A stretch of 64,000 bases of DNA from Dicyema japonicum (Eukaryota; Animalia; Dicyemida), in the NCBI GenBank assembly GCA_011109175.1, contig RDEW01000022.1:124001-188000 (forward strand), given 5' to 3'. This document shows positions 28,728 through 40,545 of this stretch, one piece after another. A program made the translations under genes and the position numbers. The notes beneath the pieces were generated by a model. It did not search any database. It saw only the letters and a list, made by a program, of their open reading frames with translations, and was not told the DNA's origin. Each line of letters opens with the position of its first letter. The first letter of the stretch is position 1.

Positions 28728-29660
28728 AAAGTAAGATGGAGACCTGGTTACAGGTAAGACCGTTATTTAATAATTGGAATCAGTTCACTACCCTATCTGG
28801 GACCTAATGAACCCATATTCTCTATATGCAGTGATTCATTCTGATATGAAAACCGAAAAAGTATGTGATGGTAACAGCTTTCAGTGGATATTGCTTGGAG
28901 AAGTCGGTCTGGGAAAGTGTTATTCACTGGTGGACTCAGTATCGTGTTGATCAGATTTGTTCAACAAAAAGCTCAAAGAATTTCACCATCACAATATAGC
29001 AGTAATTGCATCGACATTGGAATTGATAAATTGATGACTTGCACTAGCTACAGTCTTGAAACGACACAAATCGAAAAAAAACCTGACAAGAAGAAACTTT
29101 CTTGGGAATGTCTAAAGTGGAGACTAAGCTAATACAGACTGAGGTACCCCTGTTGATTGATCATAGTTGGAGTCCAATTATTGGTTTGTCAAAGTCTGCA
29201 GAACAACTAAAGTTATACTGAAGTGACCCCTCTTATTTATGTCAACACAACGTAAACGTTGGCAAAAAACTCGGTCGTAATGAAAACGAAGCTTCTTGGT
29301 TGATTTTGAAGAAAGTCATAAATTCACTTAATCTCCGTAATTTCTATATATAGCCTCTAGTACAGATGGAATTCAGCGAATCGTTAATTTACGGTTGTCT
29401 CTGGTAATAATCTTAGAGAAGTGTATAAAATATCAGGAAATATACCAGAGGGGACAGATAACCGACCCCAAACTATTCACTACTCGCAAACACAGAAAGG
29501 TATTCATTGTAAATATACTTAGATTGCACACAGGGAGACTATCAATGAAACAGAGCTAGTGTACACCTACAGTATTCTGAATGAGGAGGATCAGCTTGCG
29601 GGTTGTTTTCGCTTTATTTTCAGTCATTCACAACAATCTTCAGACTGATTCAAGGTTTGT
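28728..29660 (+). pseudogene. WDR24: WDR24 middle fragment (copy 2)
   Basis: Matches 18140-18845 and additionally retains LCQHNVNVGKKLGRNENEASWLILKKV (29237-29330), the WDR24 C-HN-A/V...LGR...W..L motif missing from copy 1. Confidence 0.8.
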
Positions 29661-30269
29661 CAAGAATTTGCTTAATGGAGGGATCCCTAAGAACAGTAGT
29701 GTTGAAGTTGTGAAGTTCCCACAAACTAAATTGTTCCTGATACTCCCACAAAAATTTATGTATGTAGAAAGTGTGTAGAGTTGAAGATCCAAATCAGAAT
29801 TGTTCGGATGATTGCACAGGACAGGATGCTGCGGCCTGAAAATCACTTTTAGACTAGTCAGAACTGATGTGCTAACTCATTGAATGCATCCATTGCAAAT
29901 TATTTGGCTGCCCAACGACCCAGGGATCTTAACAAAGTAACAGACATTATATACGTTGGAAATATGACTTTCTATGTGAAAGTTACAAACATCAAGTAAA
30001 TGGAAGAAGAATACTGATAAGAAAATAGCCGCACATAAAAAAAATTTGTGTCTCCTAATGATTTTGAAGACTAAAAAAGTAAGGAGGATAAAGAAAGAAT
30101 TATGAATATACTTGCATCTTATGGATTTATGAAAACACCAAAGGAAAAATTTGCCATATTAGTAGCAGCCATACAGACAAAATTAGAGTACTGGAAAAAG
30201 ACTCACAATTCATGAGTCGAGAATAGCATTCAGGAATTGTGTTCGAATTAAACATTCGTCCTACATTGG

Positions 30270-33100
30270 TCAGGTCCTTGTGTAGAACCTATGGCAAAGT
30301 TATGCGAGGTCTTCCACGGAACGAGGTATTCACTTCTGGGCAGAAATAGTTATTCATTGCTATTTTAGCAGGCTTCAATTGGCTCATTCGAAGGATGTGA
30401 CCAAACAGACGTCATCTTGATTCTAGGATATCCAGACTCAATGGTCTTGTATTACATACTTTGTATAGATTCTTGTTTGTAATTTTTTTCGGCCAGTTGA
30501 TGCCAAGCAACAGTCGGAGTTGCTTACGATGGAAGGCATCTAGTTTGTCCATTACCGCTTCTGAGACACCCCAGGTTGCAGCGTTGTACATTAGGACTGG
30601 TTTCACGAAGGCATTATATAGTCTCACACGTAATTGTGTGCTAATTTGTTTACGATGATTCCAGACTACTCCCATTTTTCTAAAGGCCGCGACGGCCAAC
30701 ATTTTTTTGTTAGTAATATCCTCAGCGTCTCCGAGCAACGACCCCAATTTTTTACAGTATCTCCATTTTTCATCAGTTCGGGTTAGTTCACGGCGTATGG
30801 TAGTTGTCTCCGTCTTTTTCGTATTGATTTTGATGAACCATTTTTCTAAAACATCTGGCATCCTTGTCCGTATATAGTTTAATGTTTTCTCGTCGCTGGA
30901 TATATAGTCGAAATCATCTGCATAAAACACTTCAGTTTGAGGTAGATCGCCAATTAATAGTCTGAAGTCTCTGAGTGCCGCCTCCAGATATGTCACAAAA
31001 AATACCGGTGACAAGGAATCTCCGTGCGGTACCCGAACGTTGTCTCGAATAGGACAGACTCCAAATTTCCAAAACGTACACTTAGCTGCGTTGTTCCAAG
31101 TAATAGACGAATCATTCTGACACCGTCCTCGTCAACCAACTTCTCCAAGATATCCAAAAGTCTCCCTCTGTTTATAGAGTCAAAGGCTTTGGACATGTCC
31201 ATGCCAAGGATGCCAATAGCCCCCTTGTACTTTTGATGTGTTGCACAAAGCCATCGATGTCCCCAGACCACATCAGCTGTAGATCTCCTTGACCTGAATC
31301 CGCTTTGACCGTGAGAGAGAAAGTTCTCGATGTCAGATCCAATCCTGTTCAGCACTATAAGTGATAGTGTCTTGCGTAGAGTCGTCAATAGTACGATGGG
31401 TCTTAAATTCGTTAAGGGGCCTTTAGCTTTGCCCGGTTTTTGTAGTGCAATTAGTGTGCCATTACCCAAATCCAGTGGTGAGTTGTATTTGAATGTTTTG
31501 TTGTATATCTCAGTTAATAGTTCAGAGATCTCGGTCGGTGCATATTTGAGAAGTTCAGCATTTATGTTGTCAGGACCAGCAGCTCTATTGTTGTTCAGTT
31601 TGTCCAGGGCTTTTTTTGTTTCCAGAATCGTTATCGGAAGATTTAGTTCTCGTGCTTCACCATCGAATTGTTTGATTATTTCCCCGTGGTTTTGATTGAA
31701 GGCCTGCTGATAATGGCTGGATATGGTCGATAGAATTTCATATTTGTTTAACATAGTCTTTCCAAACTGGTCATGTATTGTGATTTTTGATAACTGCGTG
31801 TCTCTATGTAGTAGGTGAATAGCCTTGAACATCTGCGCTCCGTTTTTGAGTCTTTCTACTTCTTTAGCCATTCCAGCAAATTTATTTTCCTTTATTTCCC
31901 TCGTTCTTTTCTTTATTTTATACAGAGTTTGGTTCCGCATGGCTCTTAGAGTGTGTTCCTTTGCCTGGTCCTGGCAGGTTTCGACCTGTAAACGTAGGTT
32001 CCTCTGCAATTTGGATAGTTCTTTAAGTTTGTGGTCATAGTATCCGTTAAAATGGTTCGGTTTTACTCCGACTGTTGAATGGGCCGCGCACTTTATTGCA
32101 TCGATGGTGTCTTGCCAGAGCTCCCCAGGCATTTTTTCTTTATTCCACTGTCTGATCTTTTCTCTCAATGTATTTTGATAGCTTTCCCGAGTCGGTCCTA
32201 CCATGCAGAGTTGCTCTACTGCGAACCTCCCCTCAGATATCCTCATGCCAGCCGCTTTGGAAACCCCAAAATATCGTTCGAAAAGGAAACGTGCCACAAC
32301 TAATCTGTGATCACTATCTACTAGTGTCCCACTGTAGCTCCGAGAATCTGTTAGCATTGCCTTGTAGGCTTGTTTGCAGATAATGTAATCTATTTGGTTA
32401 TATATAGGCTTGATAGTCCCAGATTTGTCCTTTCGGTAGCAGCTCCATGTCGTCTTATGTCTTGATGAGTACCTGAAAGCAGTTTTGTATAGAAATAGTT
32501 TGAATGTATTGCAAAATTCGATTCTCCTGAATGGTTCATGATCCTTCTTTTATGGCTTCCCATGAATTCTTCGTGACTACTCACACATCCTGCCTTTGCG
32601 TTCCAATCTCCGGCGATGTATGTCATGAACGATGTTTCCAAAGATGCATATAGTTGCGACAGGGAGGAATAGAAGTCGTCTAGTTCGTCTCCATTGATTG
32701 ATACTCTCACCGAAGTTGGTGCATATACATTAATAATGGAGATTATGGAATTGTTCCTTTCACCGTATTTTAATTGTAAAACACATATTCTATCGCTCAC
32801 CTCCACGTCTTGTGGATTCGATTGTTCAGTTCTTTTTGTATTGCAAATCCCATGCCGTAGTGTGGGCAATTCGAAGGGTGCAGAATCAGGCGGAAATCAT
32901 TGTTGATTTCATCTAGTCCGCCTTTTACTTTCGTTTCCTGTAAGCACGCCACGGTTACCTTGTACTATCCAAGATCCACATAAATTTCTTCTTTTAATAT
33001 CCGACTTTATTCCTCTTACATTGGACGAGCTAATAGTGAAAGATCCCGAAGAAAAGCACGAAAAAGACATGTGTGCAATAGAGCCACGTCACCAGCTCAA
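30270..33100 (-). mobile_element. RTE-clade LINE, near full length with frameshifts
   Basis: APE motifs ACLQETKVK, INVYAPT, AGDWNAK, SDHRLV. RT motifs NNRAAGPDNI, RPIVLLTTLRK, QSGFRSRRST, DMSKAFDSINR, FYADDFD, KPVLMYNAATW. Confidence 0.92.
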
Positions 33101-33579
33101 CCTACAAAGATGGCCAATATCAGTGTTATTAAATAAAATAACTACATAAACCTCCAAATAATAAGAAGCATAAGGACGAATCATATATTTATTAAATTTC
33201 AAATCAAGTGACGTTATTTTAAATCAGTGCATTCCATCTAATGATTTTACTTGATAAGCAGCCAAATATTTGGTACTGTTTTGCTCGCTTGGTAAAATAT
33301 AATGAAGCTTTCATTTCTTCTACGGATTCCCACTTTCGCATTCCAGTCCCCGGCAAAAAACCATAAGTACACGTTATTGGTCCAAAAGGTTCGGTATTCA
33401 ATAGTTTAAAACTGCAAAAAATTTTTATTATATTAGAATTAAAATTAAAAATTATTTGTTAATAAATATAAATTGTATCATCTTATATATATATATATTC
33501 CATAACTGTGGTGTAAATCGACAATAATAATGTACAAAATTGCTAAAGGTTTACAAAATTAAACAATTCAATAGGGATT

Positions 33580-33964
33580 ATGTTTTATTGTGTTTTTGTC
33601 GGCTTTGCAAAGAATCTCATTGAAGTAATCAAATTATCAAATACACGGGTAACGACGTGGAGCATTAATAATATTAAGTATTCCATATTATTAAGTGGAA
33701 ATATTAATATAGATAATCAAAATGTACAAATATATAATAATTTTAGGATAAAATTACGAATTTTGATAATTCAGATATTTCATTGAATATCAACCAATTA
33801 AATCAAAACACTGACCGTTTATCCATCCTAATGGCAGTTAATAGGTTAAAAATTTACATTCGAATTACAAAAAGTAACATGAATTATGAATTAGACAAAA
33901 TGGATATTCAAATTGATAGTACTTTGTAAAAATATGTTTATGTAATGTGTATGCTAAATTGATT
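33580..33964 (+). pseudogene. 5' part of LAMP-like gene C, duplicated and truncated
   Basis: Near copy of 22073-22460. The second intron acceptor is mutated (TTAG to TTAT) and the copy is cut off by a DHPS fragment. Confidence 0.7.
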
Positions 33965-33967
33965 AGA

Positions 33968-34105
33968 CTAACAAGGGGATTTGACTTACATATATTGTAG
34001 AACGATTTCCCGGTTATTTGTCCCGCTTTGACTGACGGTTATATTGGAAATATGTTGTTTCTTCACTTTTTTGGACGTCCTGGACTAAAGCTTGACATTA
34101 TTGAA
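33968..34105 (+). pseudogene. DHPS: Deoxyhypusine synthase fragment (copy 3, inverted)
   Basis: [28 protein letters not shown], on the opposite strand to copies 1 and 2. Confidence 0.8.
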
Positions 34106-35114
34106 AGAAAAAGGTGAGAATGGCTAATTGTTGTTTGCCGTTAAGAATATGAATTAACATCGAGTAAGTCAAATACTTTTTTTAAACATAAGCTTTAATA
34201 ATAATTACACTAAAATAAATGTTACAGTACTTGACCTCTTTTTTCTTTTTTTAAATTTATTAAGCTAATTAAAGACAAAAATTAACAGTTAGAAATTACT
34301 GGATTATCTCACAATCGAGAACGCATTTCACCTGAAACTTTGAAAAGAAATGTGCTAATCAGAGAGCTCCTTTCTCTTCTATAATTTTTAATTAGACAGT
34401 TCCTTAGTGATTACGAATTTTTTTCAGATTTAGAAAACTTGCGGTGTTCCCAAGCAAGATAAGCTAACTCAATTTAGAAAACAATAATTTTAGAATTTTA
34501 AAGTAGTTCGCATTTTTATATGTCGTGTTAATTACTGAGTATTACTAAGAAAGTTTGAGAGTTATTTAATAATTTTTCAAAGGGATTTTCTTTTCAAGTT
34601 TCTATAAATATCGGAATGAGTGGATACAATTATGATATGGAATATCAGAAGCGACCACATTCTACACGGATTGGTTATTAGCATGAGGTCAAATATTATG
34701 GAAAATGTTTTCATGAAGTTCAATATATCTCGTGTGGATTAGGTGCACTATCGATGCTTCGTATTTCTTTCACGACTCCAATAAATATCTATGTTTATTA
34801 TAGAAGTTTCTGTCGTAAGACAAAAGAATTTAAATTTTGAGTATTTTATTGTGAGTTCTCGTTGTGTATATATTAATAAAATGATGATTTTTAAAGATCC
34901 AGTCATCATCAGAGTATAATTTAATATTTAATAAATAATGGTTGTAAATGAAATCCGAAAATTAATTCGCCAACTAAAACCCCATGTTAATTTTAATTAA
35001 ATTAGTATCATATGTCCCGTTAAACGAGCATTCCCAATGATGTTGCAAATCGATGATTTTCAGACGATGTCATGCGTGCAAGATTATTCATCGGAAATTG
35101 TGTAGCGGTCAAGT

Positions 35115-35775
35115 CTTCAAATATAAATAATTAATATGATTTTAGGAATAGGTTAAACAATATCAATATTGTACCCTGAGTCGTACTCTCCGTTGATGTT
35201 GTGGTAGTTGTTTTAACTAGAATAGTAACATAATATATATATGCAAAAAATATTAGTTGATTAAAAAAAATAAAAATAAAGTTGATTACATAATACAAAA
35301 ATTGTACTTTGAGTGGTAGCTTCCGTTGGTGTTGTGGTAGTGGAAGCGACTAAAATAATAGCATAAAATATATTGTAATAAAAATAACTAAATAAGCGTC
35401 ATAAATTACTAATTAGTGTTTACTTGTAGTAGGCTGAGTAAATCTGCATTCAGTAACTAAAATTCATAATAAAAATAACCATCTCCAGAAAAATTTTTAA
35501 TTTTCGTTGTGTTGGATATTTGGATTGTTAATTCGTTCATTATAAGAATACTACCTTCACCGAATTGAATTTGAAGTTCACCGCAATAATATACATTATT
35601 GAAATAATCAGTAATCAATTTAGCATACACATTACCTAAACATATTTTTTACAAAGTACTATCAATTTGAATATCCATTTTGTCTAATTCATAATTCTTA
35701 TTACTTTTTGTAACTCGAATGTAAATTTTTAACCTATTAACTGCCATTATGATGGATATACGGTCAGTGTTTTGA
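35115..35775 (-). CDS. Inverted paralog of LAMP-like/mucin gene C (member D); 5' end lost at N 35776
   Basis: Reverse complement of ~22293-23075. Exons 35424-35456 (33 nt), 35308-35349 and 35175-35216 (42 nt each) have intact GT-AG sites. Degenerate second-domain-like sequence continues below 35115. Confidence 0.7.
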
Positions 35776-35776
35776 N

Positions 35777-37214
35777 AACAGTCATTTTACCTTCAATCGT
35801 CGACGGATTTGTAGAAGCTAGGGAAATTAACAGTCATTATACCTTCAATCGTCGACGGATTTGTAGAAGCTAGGGAAATGAACAGTCATTTTACCTTCAA
35901 TCGTCGACGGATTTGTAGAAGCTAGGGAAATGAACAGTCATTTTACCTTCAATCGTCGACGGATTTGTAGAAGCTAGGGAAATGAACAGTCATTTTACCT
36001 TCAATCGTCGACGGATTTGTAGAAGCTAGGGAAATGAACAGTCATTTTACCTTCAATCGTCGACGGATTTGTAGAAGCTAGGGAAATTAACAGTCATTAT
36101 ACCTGATGTTGTTGACTGAGTAGTAGAAGCTAGAGAAATGAAAAGTCATTATACCATCAGTAGATGAAGTGATAAAAGCTGACGTTAATAAAAAGTCATT
36201 TTACCTTCAATCGTCGACGGATTTGTAGAAGCTAGGGAAATGAACAGTCATTATACCTGATGTTGTTGACTGAGTAGTAGAAGCTAGGAAAATGAACAGT
36301 CATTATACATGATGTTGTTGACTGAGTAGTAGAAGCTAGGGAAATGAAAAGTAATTATACGTGATGTTGTTGACTGAGTAGTAGAAGCTAGGAAAATGAA
36401 CAGTCATTTTACCTGATGTTGTCGACTGAATAGTGGAATCTAGGGAAATGAAAAGTCATTATACCATCAGTAGATGAAGTGATAAAAGCTGACGTTAATA
36501 AAAAGTCATTTTACCTGCAATCGTCGACGGTTTAGTAGAAGCTAGGGAAATGAACAGTTTTTATACCTGCTGTCGTCGACTGAGTAGTAGTATTATCTTG
36601 GAAAATGACTAATCATCATACATTCAGGCAATGGATAAGTAAATTCTAAAGTTAATGAAAAATCATTATACTTCTTAGTGTCGTCTGAAGATATGAAGCT
36701 ATGGAATTTAACAGTTTTTTATACCTTCTTTCGTCGACGGAGTAGTAGAAGCTTTGAATATGACTAGTCATTATACCTTTAGTCAATGAACTGATAGAGG
36801 CTATCGTTAATGAACAGTCACTATACCTTCAGCCAATGGAGTGGTAGTAGCTGACGTTAATGAAAAGTCATAATACCTGTAGTTGTCGACGGAGTAGTAG
36901 AAGCTAGGATAATGACTAGTCATTATACTCTTAGTCAATGAACTGGTATAGGCTATCGTTAATGAACAGTCATTATACCTTCAATCAATGGAGTGGTAGC
37001 AGCTGACGTTAATGAAAAGTCATAATACCTGTTGTTGTCGACGGAGTAGTAGAAGCTAGGGATGGGACTAGTCATCATACCTGCTGTTGTCGACTGAGTA
37101 GTAGAATCTAGGGAAGTGACTAGTCATCATACCTGTTGTCGTCGACGGAGTAGTAGAATCTAGAGAATTGACTAGTCATTATACCTTCAATAAATGAAGT
37201 AGTATCTTCATTTT
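35777..37214. repeat. Minisatellite with 50-55-bp units (dominant 52 bp)
   Basis: The unit AACAGTCATTTTACCTTCAATCGTCGACGGATTTGTAGAAGCTAGGGAAATG repeats almost perfectly from 35777 to ~36100 and diverges toward 37214. Confidence 0.97.
35791..37214 (-). CDS. Mucin-like Ser/Thr/Pro-rich segment encoded by 28 symmetric micro-exons (partial gene)
   Basis: Every unit parses as GT...AG intron (25-26 nt) plus exon of 24, 27 or 30 nt, all phase 1-1. The spliced 741 nt are stop-free: ENEDTTSFIE-DSTTPSTTT-DSTTQSTTA-ASTTPSTTT...-(ASTNPSTIE)x6. Start and stop codons were not identified. Confidence 0.82.
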
Positions 37215-38599
37215 CTATTAATTAAAATTTACATTAATACCTTTTCCTTAACTTAATCCAATCTCTATTAATCAAAATTTACAATTTACTGGAAAATATT
37301 TCGAAGAATATCAAAAGACTGACTAATATCATTCAACATTTCCGTCTGTGTTCGATTATAAATATTCATCAAAGAATTTGACCTTATTTATTGTGAGTCG
37401 AATGAATTCCATACACATAAAGGGATATTAGCTTATATCTCGATTAATTTCTTCTCTTACTAATCTCACTTCACGTAATGGAAACGTTCTTTTTTATCTC
37501 TGATGATATCAATAAAAATTCTTTGTCTAAAAATAAATAACAATAAAAACTAACTTCACAATCATATTTGTTCACAAAAGAGACTCCTGACAAACACCAC
37601 AGATTTCAACATTACCCTATAAGACGTCCGAATTATACTTGGAAAAACTCGTTACTTTTATAGAGGATATCCCTGGGGACTTGGAATTAAATTTTTATTT
37701 TATTACATCAAATATATATGAACGAAGTTTAATTAACTTTGGAATTTCATATATACACAGATTGACTTTCCCTATTTTTTTGTTAGGTTTGTAATGTACA
37801 TCAACTGGATAACTCTCTGGGTACTCTTTGAATTATTTTAACTCAAGCCAATTTTTAATTTGAAACTTTTTTTATATGATATTTTGACTATTAACCACAT
37901 TTTTGAAATATCTTAATAATGTCAAGGATCATATATATTATGAATGTGCTATCTATGGATTTGATCTTTTATAGACATATGAATTCGTGATCCGCTTTCA
38001 ATTGGCACAAAAAATAAGTAACTAAAACCAATTAATTGTTTTTTAAACTCAAACGATTGAATAATCAATCAGTATAATTTATCTTATTTGTTATTCCCAA
38101 TTGCTCATCAGTGACAGCTCACAGTCGCCTTCGATTACTTGGATCCACTTATCCCTATGGTGACGGCATTGAACGCTAATTTGGGACTATGAATGCCCCA
38201 GGCTGACTGGTGGAACTTAATAAAACCTATTATGGGTAATTCTGGATTTATTCAAAACTATGAGAAACCTCGAAAGTATTCAGTAGGGCGAATTTTGTCA
38301 TTATCTCAAAAATTCATATGTTCTTTAAATTTGTTTGAAACTTGCACAAAAAATTTAATAACATTCACAAGTTCGTGTTAGTTAACAATTTTTTTAAAAA
38401 AATATTGCTTCAGATTTTTTTCCATCTACTAACTCGATAGATCATGATTGCATCCAACAAGACAACTCAAATGTACTTCTTTATAAATCAATAGTTAAGT
38501 CAAAAAATCAAAATTAGATTTTCGGTCAATAATGTAAAATAATTTATTGATTTTCTTATTGATTTTTTTGAGTTTTTGAATTAGATAATAACTTGTCAT

Positions 38600-40545
38600 C
38601 GAGATACGTTCTCGGAACCAACCAGTCTCTCGCGGATCCTTGGTCACAACTTGAATCATGGAGCCGATCTTACGAACCAACTCATCTGCTTGGGGCCAAG
38701 GATTCCTGACGTTTCCACTGCGAATGGAACAAAAAGATACTCCTCCGAAATTCTCTGGTACTCTTTCGTTCCTCCTGCTTTGAAGCATGTCCTGGGTCTG
38801 AAGCAGAAGTAACCAAATTAGACGGGGAATAAGTATCAACACACGTCGCGTCCCAGATCAGGTTTCGTCCGTTAGCGAATGGAAAAGTCGTCATCCCATC
38901 AGGGTGTTTTCTATCGTTTCGGGAAAGACCAGCAGGTTCTAACAGGCAATTGTGTCCAGCAGAGGCAAGGGAATTCTTTAATGTCATGTTAAGACAGGAG
39001 TGCCTGGGGAAACGACCCGCACTCATCTTGCATGACAAGGGATGATAACCAAAAGGATCGATCCAACGTCCACAGCGGCATTTTCTTTCGGCACACAATT
39101 TAAGACCAAGACGAAGCGAGGTAGCTATCCTCACAGCTTCATCATCCAACAGGTTTCAATTTCGGCAGATGGATAAGCGTTCATCCAGGCCCCCGTCGAG
39201 TGACAACTAGCTGTTTTGAGGCAGGCAAGCCTTCTTACATCTTCCGTCTTTTCAAGGGACTCTTTCTTCTTTTCGAAGACACAAAACAAATAGGACTTTT
39301 GCTTATCACAATTGGCCGGAGCATTCAGGTACAAATTCATCCATTCATCCCAGGCTCCCGACGGCGTCAGCGGTACGTTTAGTCTGGAAGTAGAGTGAAG
39401 GACCGTATCCACTAAACGCCTTGACGAGCCGAACGAAGAAATAGGCGCCCAAAGCAACGTCCGAAGGAAGAGAAAGACCCAAACCACCGCAGGCTACAGG
39501 GAGTGAGGCCTGTAACCATCCGAAATCATCAAAACGAACATTAAGAATGGACCCCATCGTCGACCGATATCCATATCAATTAACGATAGAAGGTCTTTTT
39601 CGGCGTAGCATGGGGATCCCCGTAGAATAAAAAGGAGTCTTGGGAGAATGAGACAATTCTTCAGCATAAAAAAGGCGACATGACGGTCCAAAAAACTCAT
39701 CCTGTCGGCATACTGACGTAAATTAGTCCTCTTGCCTTCCAATAACTCCCTCACCCGGTTTACCAAAATCCCACACCCAAGGAAGTCGAGAGAATCAATA
39801 TGAGTCTCCCTAACCCCTGGGATGATTTCGCAGAGTTTTCTATGAAAAAGGTAGAATGAATCGGAACTCAAATTCAGATTAATTGCTTCGCACTTTTCAT
39901 TGTTAAATTCCAGACCGATTTTTCCACACAAACTTCTGATCGACGCAACTTTGGAGAGAATATCATCGGGACTTCCACCGAGAATACAATCGTCCAGATA
40001 CCAGACGTTCAGTGGAGTGCAACGGTCCTGGGCAATATGGTCGATAGACAAGGAAAATAGAAGAGGACCGAGTGGGTCCCCCTGTTGAACTCCGGATCCG
40101 GACGAAATAATTCCACTGCCAAAAGCAAGAGGGATGGATCCGAATACGCGAGATATACAAAGGGATAAATCTGAGGAATCCTCCTTCTACAAGTATCAAG
40201 GACGGTGTCCCTTCTGACTGAATTGAAGCATTCCGGAGGTCCAATTTGAATAAAACTCTGTCCTCAACATTAAATTCAGCTGATTGTGACGCAAATTCTC
40301 TCACTGCGTGGATCCCAGCTTCACAGCCGCCATTGATTCCGACACCAAGCTGCGAAGGACAAAATTCGGCTGAAATTCGGGAGATAACAAAACGACAAGC
40401 CATTTTTGCGGATAAACGTCGAAATACGTTTCCAATTGCAATGGGGCAAATACCACCATCTTTCTCTCCAAGGCCCGTTAGATTCGCCGAAAAGAGGAGA
40501 TTCCGACCAAAATCGGAAACGTCATGGCCATTCAGATGCCTTAAA
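38600..40545 (-). mobile_element. CRE-clade non-LTR retrotransposon (RT + Zn-knuckle + restriction-like endonuclease), 5'-truncated and frameshifted
   Basis: PIAIGNVFRRLSAKMAC, QLGVGINGGCEAGIHAVR, QQGDPLGPLLFSL, WYLDD, GGLGL, CRCG...HPLSC...RH..LN, HPDG...LIWDATCVDT. Confidence 0.88.

Larger units (their letters stand above)
27830..33965. repeat. Segmental duplicate of ~13460-22460, with internal deletions and an RTE insertion
   Basis: Colinear matches: 27830-28710=13460-14340; 28725-29660=18135-18845; 29660-30255=19820-20420; 33120-33965=21460-22460 (with a deletion). Confidence 0.9.

Noticed and set aside
30461-32383. Several plus-strand ORFs (also at 10735, 40246, 43668, 49693, 54761)
   Set aside because: They are antisense shadows of retrotransposon ORFs with no independent coding signal.
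35777-37214. CRISPR-like array
   Set aside because: There are no unique spacers; whole units repeat, and periodic GT-AG with 3n exons explains the pattern. The context is eukaryotic.
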